The position numbers and the translations under genes were made by a program. This document shows, in pieces, positions 9,203 to 17,177 of a DNA stretch of 64,000 nt. Source of the stretch: Gemmatimonas sp. (GTDB lineage: Bacteria > Gemmatimonadota > Gemmatimonadetes > Gemmatimonadales > Gemmatimonadaceae). Position 1 is the stretch's first letter; the number at the start of each line of letters is the position of its first letter. A model generated the notes under the pieces. That model made no database searches and had not been told where the DNA came from. It saw only the letters and a program-made list of their open reading frames with translations. Location of the stretch: contig OZ257156.1 of assembly GCA_965279375.1 (NCBI GenBank), forward strand, positions 4,000,001-4,064,000, read 5' to 3'.

Positions 9203-10561
9203 TTACTCGACGTCGTCGAGCATACCCGCCGTCGTCGCCGCTACCGCAGCTGCCGCGGCAGCACTCGCGGCCGACGCGGCCGCTCGCTGCGTGCTGCGCA
9301 CGGACGCACTCGTCACCGTGATGCGCGCACCCGCGTGACGCATGCGTCCCATTGTCCGCTCATCGAGGCGCGCGCGGATCACCATCATGTCGTCATCGGT
9401 GCGCTGCTCCAGTACCTCGCCGTCGCGATACAGCTCCGCCAGCAGTCGGCCTTCCGACGCCGGGATTCGGATCTCGAGCAGCGGACGCTGTCCGCGCAAT
9501 GCATCACGCAGCGCCGAACGCAGCGAATCCAGTCCGCCCTCTTCCAGCGCCGATACGAACAAGGTGCCGGGCATGAGATTGGACACGCGCTGACGCAGTG
9601 CTTCCGCATCGGTGGGATCGAGCAGATCCATCTTGTTCATCAAATGCAGCGTCGGCTGCTCGCCGAGCTCGAGATCGGTAAGCACGCCGTCCACCACGTT
9701 GCGATGCTCTTCCCACGCCGGATGACTCGCGTCGATGACGTGCAGCAGCAAATCTGCTTCCTTCGCCTCGGCAAGCGTCGCGCGGAAGGATGCCACCAAA
9801 TGGTGAGGCAATTTGCGAATGAAACCAACCGTATCGGTCAGCAGCACCGAGTAGCCATCGCCGATTTCGACTTCGCGAGTGAGCGGATCAAGCGTGGCGA
9901 ACAACCGATCTTCCACGAACACTTCGGCATCGTTGGCCAGCGCACGCAGGATCGACGACTTGCCCGCATTGGTGTAGCCGACCAGGCCCACTCGGAAATG
10001 CGTGTGACGTTGATGACGCTGGATTTCACGGGCGCGATCGACGTCCTCCAGTCGCTCCGCCAGCACCTTGATACGATGCTGAATGAGGCGGCGGTCGGTC
10101 TCGAGCTGTGTTTCGCCAGGACCGCGCATGCCAATGCCGCCGCGGAACTTTTCCAAGTGCGTCCACATGCGTGTCAGTCGCGGCAGCATGTACTTGAGCT
10201 GCGCCACTTCCACCTGCATGCGCGCTTCGCTCGAGCGTGCCCGCGTCGCGAAAATATCCAGAATCAGCTCGGCGCGGTCCATCACCCGCGTGTTCACCGC
10301 CATCTCGATGTTCTTGCTCTGCGCCGGCGACAGCTCGTCATCAAAGATCACGAGCGTCGCGCCCAACTCCTGAATGCGAAGCTTGAGCTCTTCGATCTTG
10401 CCCTTGCCCAGATACGTCCCGGCATGCGGCCGATCGAGTTGCTGCGTGAGCACGCCCACGACCACGGCCCCGGCTGTGTCGGCGAGTCGCCCGAGCTCTT
10501 CGAGATGCTCGTCCATGTGCACACGCGCGCGGCTGCTCTTGGAAGGCGCAGCCACCAGCAT
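9203..10561 (-). CDS. hflX: Ribosome-splitting GTPase HflX (true start may lie upstream, see findings)
   Basis: YLGKGKIEEL, ELSPAQ, LILDIFATRARS, GMRGPGETQLETDRR, VGYTNAGKSS, LFATLDP, DTVGFI, NKMD. Confidence 0.97.
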   Translation of the reverse strand: MLVAAPSKSSRARVHMDEHLEELGRLADTAGAVVVGVLTQQLDRPHAGTYLGKGKIEELKLRIQELGATLVIFDDELSPAQSKNIEMAVNTRVMDRAELILDIFATRARSSEARMQVEVAQLKYMLPRLTRMWTHLEKFRGGIGMRGPGETQLETDRRLIQHRIKVLAERLEDVDRAREIQRHQRHTHFRVGLVGYTNAGKSSILRALANDAEVFVEDRLFATLDPLTREVEIGDGYSVLLTDTVGFIRKLPHHLVASFRATLAEAKEADLLLHVIDASHPAWEEHRNVVDGVLTDLELGEQPTLHLMNKMDLLDPTDAEALRQRVSNLMPGTLFVSALEEGGLDSLRSALRDALRGQRPLLEIRIPASEGRLLAELYRDGEVLEQRTDDDMMVIRARLDERTMGRMRHAGARITVTSASVRSTQRAAASAASAAAAAAVAATTAGMLDDVE

Positions 10562-10670
10562 GGCACGTTCAACGGGCGGCGTAAGGGAGATGATGTCTCG
10601 ACTGATGGGATGAACCCGGACTGAGCTTGGATGGCGGCGGACCGAGCCACGGCGACTCGCGCTGCAGAAC

Positions 10671-10752
10671 TGCGAATGACTGTGCTACGAATTGCGGTGA
10701 CACGAATTGCGGTGACACGAATGCAAGTGACGCCAACGGCACTGATGCGAAC
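10671..10752. repeat. Imperfect 15-bp tandem repeat, about 5.5 units
   Basis: tgcgaatgactgtgc / tacgaattgcggtga / cacgaattgcggtga / cacgaatgcaagtga / cgccaacggcactga / tgcgaac. Confidence 0.75.
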
Positions 10753-10761
10753 CGAGGAAGC

Positions 10762-11259
10762 CTAGCGACCGTTTCCAGTCACCGACGAATAGCGCCCGGT
10801 GCGATCGTACGGCCGCGTGAAGTTCCCCAACGGCGTCCCAACAGTGAAGTCTCCCCGCACGCGGTAGTTGATCGTCCCCGCCGCAATCAGCGAGCGCCCC
10901 GCCGCACCCAAACCGGCATAGGTGAAGCGAATCGGAAGGCGAACCGTGGACGAGTCGCCGCCCGTGACGGTGAACTTGTTGTCGAGCTCCCCAGCGCCCA
11001 GCTGGATGGAATCGACATCCACGCGGTACGTCATCTTCACCGCGTCCAACTTGTAGCCGTTCGGGTTGTAGACGTTCAGCACCACATCAACGCTGCCGCC
11101 CGTCAGACCGAGCCCGGTGACCGTGAATTCCTTGAGACTCACCACCGGCTCCTTGAACGACGCGCGCCCCATCGAGGCGCACGCACCGGCGACACTCACG
11201 ACGGCGCCAAGCGCCACCGCACGGATCCAACGACGACGAACGGTTGACTGAGAGGCCAT
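10762..11259 (-). CDS. LEA type 2 / WHy-domain lipoprotein
   Basis: Lipobox VAGAC after an Arg-rich, hydrophobic signal; LNVYNPNGYKL (NPN motif), YRVRG. Confidence 0.85.
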   Translation of the reverse strand: MASQSTVRRRWIRAVALGAVVSVAGACASMGRASFKEPVVSLKEFTVTGLGLTGGSVDVVLNVYNPNGYKLDAVKMTYRVDVDSIQLGAGELDNKFTVTGGDSSTVRLPIRFTYAGLGAAGRSLIAAGTINYRVRGDFTVGTPLGNFTRPYDRTGRYSSVTGNGR

Positions 11260-12641
11260 CAGGCGGATTCTCCATTGGTGGTAGGCGACGACTCGCTAGC
11301 GGAATCCTGTGCACGATCGCGCAGCTGCGCCCACCATGCCAACCGCTTTGCGATGTCGCGTTCGAAGCCGAAGGGCCCGGGTTCGTAAAAGGTACGTCCC
11401 TCGAGCTCAGAGGGCAGGTACTCCTGCGGCGTATACGCTTCGGGGACGGCGTGCGCGTACTGGTACCCGGCACCATACCCGAGTTCCTTCATGAGACCGG
11501 TTGGCGCATTGCGCAAATGCATCGGCACCTGCGCTGTCGGCGTTGCACGAGCCGCGTCCAGCGCGGACTTCCACGCGTCGTAGACACGCGCGGATTTCGG
11601 CGCCGTCGCCAGATAGACCGCCGCCTCAGCCAACGCCAATTCTCCCTCCGGAGAGCCGAGCCGCTCGAAAGTCTCGGCGGCCGTCGTCGCCATCGTCAGC
11701 GCCTGCGGGTCGGCCAGCCCGATGTCCTCTGCGGCCATGCGAATCATGCGCCGCGCGATGTAGCGCGGGTCCTCTCCACCATCGATCATCCGGGCAAGCC
11801 AGTACAGCGCGCCCTGCGGATCGCTGCCGCGCAGCGATTTGTGCAGCGCGGAAATGAGGTTGTAGTGCTCTTCCCCACTCTTGTCGTAGCGCGGCACGCG
11901 GTGCTGCACCGCCGACTCGACCGTCTCCCGCGTGATCTCGCCGCCATCGTCGGTGAGCGCCGCCGCCGCTTCGAGAATGCCGAGCGTGCGCCGCGCGTCC
12001 CCGTCCGCCTGTTCTGCCAACAGCGTCCGCGCCGCCGGGTCGATCGTCAGACGACGCGATCCGAGGCCGCGCGACGCGTCCGAGAGCGCGCGATCGATCA
12101 ACCCCTCCAACTCCGGGATCGGAATCGACTCGAGCACGAGCACTCGCATCCGCGACAGGAGTGCGCCCGTCAACGCGAACGACGGGTTCTCCGTCGTCGC
12201 GCCAACGAGAACGACCGTGCCTCCCTCTACGTGCGGGAGAAATGCGTCCTGCTGCGCGCGATTGAAGCGATGAATCTCATCTACGAACAGGATCGTGGCT
12301 CGACCAGTGTCACGGCGACGCTCGGCCTCCGCGACGATCTCGCGCACCCGGGCGACGCCGTCGCTCACTGCAGAAAACGACACGAACGCAGCATCCGCCG
12401 ACTGCGCGAAGAGGCGGGCCAATGTCGTCTTTCCAACGCCAGGTGGCCCCCACAACACCATGGAATCCACGATGCCGCGCGCAAGCGCTTCCCGCAGAGG
12501 CTTTCCGACACCGAGCAAGTGACGCTGCCCGATGTACTCATCGAGCGTCGCCGGACGCATGCGCGCCGCCAGCGGCTGCGGAACCCTGCTGGCAAAGAGC
12601 GATGGACTGCCTGCCGCGGAACTCGAGGCCGCACGGCTCAT
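11259..12641 (-). CDS. rarA: Replication-associated recombination protein RarA/MgsA
   Basis: PLAARMRP, WGPPGVGKTTLA, LFVDEIHRFNRAQQD, GATTENPSF, ISALHKSLRGSD, EDIGLADP, VPMHLRNAPT. Start at ATG 12641. Confidence 0.97.
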   Translation of the reverse strand: MSRAASSSAAGSPSLFASRVPQPLAARMRPATLDEYIGQRHLLGVGKPLREALARGIVDSMVLWGPPGVGKTTLARLFAQSADAAFVSFSAVSDGVARVREIVAEAERRRDTGRATILFVDEIHRFNRAQQDAFLPHVEGGTVVLVGATTENPSFALTGALLSRMRVLVLESIPIPELEGLIDRALSDASRGLGSRRLTIDPAARTLLAEQADGDARRTLGILEAAAALTDDGGEITRETVESAVQHRVPRYDKSGEEHYNLISALHKSLRGSDPQGALYWLARMIDGGEDPRYIARRMIRMAAEDIGLADPQALTMATTAAETFERLGSPEGELALAEAAVYLATAPKSARVYDAWKSALDAARATPTAQVPMHLRNAPTGLMKELGYGAGYQYAHAVPEAYTPQEYLPSELEGRTFYEPGPFGFERDIAKRLAWWAQLRDRAQDSASESSPTTNGESA

Positions 12642-13186
12642 GAGCGCTCCAGCATCGTCAACGGCGACGCGGTCAGTCGCAGTGTTTCGGCTGCGGTGGT
12701 CAACGCCGCCGTGAACTCCGGAACGGGGCGCATTGCCGCTCGATCGAGCGACCACACGGCGGGCGGCATGGACGAACGCTCAGGCACGTCGAAGTCGTCC
12801 AGCAAACCAATCCATCGGTCGCTGCGCGCGAATATCACGACCACGAGCTCCGGCGTCAGCGTCAGTTGATCGTCTCCTGTCACCAGCGTCACCTCCGCCC
12901 CGCCGTACGTCGCCAACGGTAGGCGCAGCCGCCCCAGCACCTCGCGCACTTCCGACAACGACAGAAGATCTCCCCGCCAACGCGCCCGGTCACGCCAGCT
13001 GTCGATGACTACATCCACCACAGGATCCATCTCTCGACTCAGCGCATGAAACAGGTCCACCGCACGCTCGGCAACAGCGCCGATGCGCAGCAGCCGAATG
13101 TCATCTGACTGCGACGCCACGAACCAGCTCGAAAGCCGCCCGAAACGCCGCGCCGTATCGCTTTCCGACCCGCTGAGATCGAGCAT
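12638..13186 (-). CDS. Hypothetical protein (182 aa)
   Basis: Fills the gap between cca and rarA exactly, with an ATGA overlap on rarA; globular-looking composition; no family recognised. Confidence 0.7.
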   Translation of the reverse strand: MLDLSGSESDTARRFGRLSSWFVASQSDDIRLLRIGAVAERAVDLFHALSREMDPVVDVVIDSWRDRARWRGDLLSLSEVREVLGRLRLPLATYGGAEVTLVTGDDQLTLTPELVVVIFARSDRWIGLLDDFDVPERSSMPPAVWSLDRAAMRPVPEFTAALTTAAETLRLTASPLTMLERS

Positions 13187-13190
13187 ACGA

Positions 13191-14507
13191 CTATCCCTCC
13201 GACGTGGTCGAGGCGATCCGAGTCGCTCGCAGCAGCAGCTCCTCGCGAGAGTTGAGCGCGGGCTCCTCGACGACCTGTACGAGCAGTGCATTCAAGATGC
13301 GAGCAAATGCCGGACCCGCCGGGATTCCCAGCGATCGCAGGTCATCCCCGTCGACGGCCAAGTCCGCCACCGCGATGGCGTCACGGAACGCGATCCGCGA
13401 GGCCCGACGGAAGAGCGCGCGCACGCGCGAGGCATCCGGTGCAGCCGTCGAAGACAGGACACTCCAGTGCGCCGCCGCCAGACGCAGCAAGGGCGCGACC
13501 CTCAACCGTCCCGCACGCGCCGCGAAACGACGCAGCGTGGCGTCGTCCGGCGACTGATCCGCGAGGACCGCGTTCGAGAGCACCTCGCGCTCCGTGCGCC
13601 AAAGGCCGACTAGGCCAGAGATCCAAGCAATATCCTGATTCGAAAACCGGAGCGAGCGCAGCGCCGACTCCGCTGTCCTCGCATCCAACTCGCTGAACAG
13701 GGCCGCAATTCGCAGAGCCTTCCGTTGTGGTCTCCCAGCCAGACCAGGCACCGGCAACGCATCGATTGCCTTGAGCGTCCGGTCCGAGACGGTTGCCAAC
13801 GACGGAATGAGCGACCCGAAAATCCCGGAATCCCGCCACATGGCAAAGGCCGACGACGGCGTCCTCGCCTGCTCCATCGTCTTCTCCAGCTCCTGCTTCA
13901 CCCGCTCTGGCGACAGCCTCGACATGAACGGAGCGCTGCCGACGATGGCGTCCCAAGTCGCCGGCTCGATGCGGAAGCTGAACCGGGCGGCGAACCGGAT
14001 GGCACGCAGCGCGCGGAGCCGATCCTCTTCCAGCCTCGCCTCGGCATTCCCGACGGCGCGCACGAGCCCCGCCGCCAAGTCGGTTCGGCCACCGAACGGA
14101 TCATGCACCCGTCCGCCAATCGCATCGAAAGCGATGGCGTTGATGGTGAAGTCTCGCCGAGCAAGGTCATCGTCCAGCGATGCGCCGAACTCGACGACCG
14201 CGTGCCTGCCGTCGGTGTGCACGTCGCGTCGGAAGGTGGTCACCTCGTGCATCACACCCTTCGTGTCGAGCACCCCGACCGTCCCGAACTCGATTCCGAC
14301 CGGAATCGTCCGCCGAAACAGCCGACGCACGACAGGCGGCGTCGCCGCCGTCGCCAGGTCCCAGTCGAGACTATCCTCGCCCAGAAGCGCGTCTCGCACC
14401 GCGCCGCCGACGCACCACGTCTCATGCCCAGCCGCCCGAAGCGTCTTGGCGATCTCCACGACCTCGGCCGGGGGACGCAATCGATCCTCGGATTGCAAGC
14501 CGATCAC
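13191..14507 (-). CDS. cca: CCA tRNA nucleotidyltransferase (class II)
   Basis: VGGAVRDALLG, DWDLAT, EVTTFR, DLARRDFTINA, EDRLRALRAIRF, SPERVKQEL. Confidence 0.9.
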   Translation of the reverse strand: MIGLQSEDRLRPPAEVVEIAKTLRAAGHETWCVGGAVRDALLGEDSLDWDLATAATPPVVRRLFRRTIPVGIEFGTVGVLDTKGVMHEVTTFRRDVHTDGRHAVVEFGASLDDDLARRDFTINAIAFDAIGGRVHDPFGGRTDLAAGLVRAVGNAEARLEEDRLRALRAIRFAARFSFRIEPATWDAIVGSAPFMSRLSPERVKQELEKTMEQARTPSSAFAMWRDSGIFGSLIPSLATVSDRTLKAIDALPVPGLAGRPQRKALRIAALFSELDARTAESALRSLRFSNQDIAWISGLVGLWRTEREVLSNAVLADQSPDDATLRRFAARAGRLRVAPLLRLAAAHWSVLSSTAAPDASRVRALFRRASRIAFRDAIAVADLAVDGDDLRSLGIPAGPAFARILNALLVQVVEEPALNSREELLLRATRIASTTSEG

Positions 14508-15259
14508 CCGCAGAGCACGCTCCCGCCGTTCACGTTGAGCACCTCACCGGTAATGTGGCGCGCCAGCGAACTCGCCAAGAATACGATCGGGCCGGCGATA
14601 TCCTCGGCAGATGCGACTCGTCTCAGCGGAATCGCCGCCTCGATGCGCGCACGTCCTTCGCCGGCGAACGGCTTTTCGACCGCCTCCGTATCCACCCAGC
14701 CCGGCGCCACACAGTTCACCGTGATGTCCCGGGGGCCGAGCTCGACGGCCAGCGACTTCACGAACGAGATCATCGCGCCCTTGCTCGCTGCGTAGTCCGC
14801 GTGCCCGGCCTCCCCCCGCTGGCCAGCCGTACTGGAGACGAAGACGAGACGCCCGCCAGCTGGCAGCACTGGCACGACAGTCCGCGCGCCGAAGAACATT
14901 CCGTCCAGATTCGTTGCGAGAGTCTCCCGCCAGCGATCACGAGAAAGCTTTTCCACGTCGACGGGATTCGGTGGCCAGATACCAGAGTTACCAACATAGA
15001 TATCCACACCACCGAATGTTTCCACAGCCGTGCTCACAAAACTTTCGTGCGCTTCAAATGTGGACAAGTCGCCTGATTGTGCAAAACTCCGCACTCCTAG
15101 CGCGCGGAGCTCCGCAACCATGCCGTCCGCTTCGGCGGTCCGCGAGCGGTACGAGATTCCCACATCGGCGCCAGCCGCAGCCAGAAGCCGAGAGACCGCC
15201 GCTCCGATTCCTCTGCTCCCACCAGTTACCAGCGCGCGCTTGCCGCGTAGATCGATCAT
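14504..15259 (-). CDS. SDR family oxidoreductase (FabG-like)
   Basis: TGGSRGIG, VSSTAG, YAASK, VNCVAPGWVDT, ITGEVLNVNGG. Confidence 0.92.
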   Translation of the reverse strand: MIDLRGKRALVTGGSRGIGAAVSRLLAAAGADVGISYRSRTAEADGMVAELRALGVRSFAQSGDLSTFEAHESFVSTAVETFGGVDIYVGNSGIWPPNPVDVEKLSRDRWRETLATNLDGMFFGARTVVPVLPAGGRLVFVSSTAGQRGEAGHADYAASKGAMISFVKSLAVELGPRDITVNCVAPGWVDTEAVEKPFAGEGRARIEAAIPLRRVASAEDIAGPIVFLASSLARHITGEVLNVNGGSVLCG

Positions 15260-15341
15260 CGAGTTCCCGAGTACGTTTCGTGTGATACTTCACATGAAGT
15301 ACAACGACCTAAATATTTGTCCTAAATACTCTTGCGGCTAT

Positions 15342-15923
15342 TTAACGAGAAAGCGTCTGCTCGATGCAGTCGCAGATCGCGTGCTGAATGCAGAGGTGGA
15401 TCTCCTGCGCGCGGTCCGTGCGATCGGTCGGCACGATCAGCGTGTGGTCGGCAACCCCCTTGAGCGCACCTCCGTCTTTCGCGGACAACGCGAGCACGCG
15501 AACGCCGATCAGGCGAGCGGCCTCGGCCGCCTTAATCACATTTGGCGAATTCCCGCTCGTCGAGTGGATAACCAGCAAATCACCTGGCTTCGCCAACGCT
15601 TCGATCTGTCTCGAAAATATGTGATCGAACCCGAAGTCATTTCCGGCTGCCGTGAGCAGCGAGGTATCGGTCGTCAGCGCGATCGCTGGGTACGCCTTTC
15701 GGTTGCGCATGTAGCGCACGACGTACTCGGTGGCGAGGTGTTGGGCGTCGGCCGCCGAGCCACCATTTCCGCAGAAGAAAAGCGTCCCGTGCCCGGCGAC
15801 GGTGCGCCGCACCATCTCCAGCGCCACGTTCAGATCGGTTTCGAGCTGACTGGCGGTGCGAAGTGCTGTCTCCGCGAGCGATCGCAGAGCGTCCGAGACG
15901 GGTGTTGTTGCGACATCGGTCAT
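15342..15923 (-). CDS. gmhA: D-sedoheptulose-7-phosphate isomerase GmhA
   Basis: CGNGGSAADAQHLATE, ALTTDTS, NDFGFDHIFSRQIEA, STSGNSPN, QEIHLCIQHAIC. Start at ATG 15923. Confidence 0.96.
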   Translation of the reverse strand: MTDVATTPVSDALRSLAETALRTASQLETDLNVALEMVRRTVAGHGTLFFCGNGGSAADAQHLATEYVVRYMRNRKAYPAIALTTDTSLLTAAGNDFGFDHIFSRQIEALAKPGDLLVIHSTSGNSPNVIKAAEAARLIGVRVLALSAKDGGALKGVADHTLIVPTDRTDRAQEIHLCIQHAICDCIEQTLSR

Positions 15924-15982
15924 CAGGTGATCCAGTTGCCCGAGGGCGAGGGGTGGGACATCGGGTTGCGCGGGGTAGCCCG

Positions 15983-16726
15983 TCAGCTGCCGAAGAGCCG
16001 CTTGACTCGACCTAGCAGTCCATCGGTGAGCGGCGGCACTGGAAGCGGATCTTCGTCCTGCAGGAGGCGCAGCGCGTTGGTTCGGGTCAGCAGGTCGACC
16101 TGTTCCTGTCCGCCACGCTCCAGCAGCCACTCCTTTCCGGCCGCCAGCGAACGATGGTCGCCGTGATTGTCCGACGCGAGGATGTCGATCAATCCATCCC
16201 CCAGCATGGCGCGCGCCAGGTCGGCTGGGCCGCCGCGACCGAGCAGCACGGAGACGTCCGTCTGGATGACTACGCCGATTTCGCGCCACTCGCGAACCAT
16301 CTCGAGTGTGCAGCCATAGTAGCGTTCAGGGTGCGCGAGCACGGGAGTCCGCCCAGCTCGGGCGATCCTTCGCAGCTCCGCCGTAGCGCCTCTGGGCACA
16401 CCACCACGGCTGAACTCAACCAGCAGTGCCCGTGAGCCGGCGAGGGTGAGCTCGGGCGCGGAGAGGTCCATGCCGGGCGTATCGAGCATGATCTCCCAAC
16501 CGAGGCGGAGTTCGGGCAGGCTGGGTGCGCTTCGGCGAAGCTGGTCGAGCCGGACGCAGTGATCGTCGTAGGGCGCGGAGGCAGCCGCCGAGGCGTTCAA
16601 GTGCGGCGTGCAGACCAGCAGCGTGACGCCATCCTTGCCGAATCGTTCGAGCACCGGCAGCGACATCTCGATCGACTGACTGCCGTCGTCCACGCCGGGG
16701 AGCAGGTGCGAATGTATGTCTATCAC
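15983..16726 (-). CDS. CpsB/YwqE-like PHP-family tyrosine-protein phosphatase
   Basis: IDIHSHLLPGVDDG, CTPH, LLVEF, LAHPERY, ASDNH; GAGGTGAGGG RBS before GTG 16726. Confidence 0.9.
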   Translation of the reverse strand: MIDIHSHLLPGVDDGSQSIEMSLPVLERFGKDGVTLLVCTPHLNASAAASAPYDDHCVRLDQLRRSAPSLPELRLGWEIMLDTPGMDLSAPELTLAGSRALLVEFSRGGVPRGATAELRRIARAGRTPVLAHPERYYGCTLEMVREWREIGVVIQTDVSVLLGRGGPADLARAMLGDGLIDILASDNHGDHRSLAAGKEWLLERGGQEQVDLLTRTNALRLLQDEDPLPVPPLTDGLLGRVKRLFGS

Positions 16727-16799
16727 GCCCTCACCTCGAATGAATGGCAACGCGTGGTGAACTGCTGCCGCCGTGGTCGCGCTGGCGTGTGCGTGGCTC

Positions 16800-17177
16800 C
16801 TACTTCGGGCGCTCGCCAGCGAGTTCGGCGATACGTACCATGGCGCGCGCGGCGCGTTCCTCGAGTCGCGAAGGCGTCTCCGAGGCCGCCTGAAACGCAT
16901 ACGTGATCAACGCATCCACCGCGAGCAGATCCAATGCGGTGCCACGCGAGGTGGAGCCGGAGGCCAGCAGCGCCTCCAGCATGCGCTCGCCCGCTTCCAT
17001 GCACGCTTCCGGCACGGAGGCTGCGGCCTGCCCCGCGAAGGGCGCCAAGGCGGCGCTGAGGCGTTCTGCCAGCGCCGGCGGTGGTGGCGGCTGCAATGAC
17101 GACAGCCACCCGCCTACCGTGTCTGCGACGGGAGCCCCGATCGACGGTGCGACGTTCTCTGCCATCGTGTCGCTCAC
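16800..17177 (-). CDS. Hypothetical protein (125 aa)
   Basis: GTGA overlap with the alaS stop; helical ALDLLAVDALITYAFQAA segment; no family recognised. Confidence 0.7.
   Translation of the reverse strand: MSDTMAENVAPSIGAPVADTVGGWLSSLQPPPPPALAERLSAALAPFAGQAAASVPEACMEAGERMLEALLASGSTSRGTALDLLAVDALITYAFQAASETPSRLEERAARAMVRIAELAGERPK

Noticed and set aside
9203..9310. Poly-Ala tail of HflX as a frameshift artefact
   Set aside because: The frame is continuous to a TAA just before the terminator; a low-complexity tail is the simpler reading.
10671..10752. Possible mini-CRISPR
   Set aside because: Contiguous 15-nt degenerate units with no unique spacers and no cas genes.
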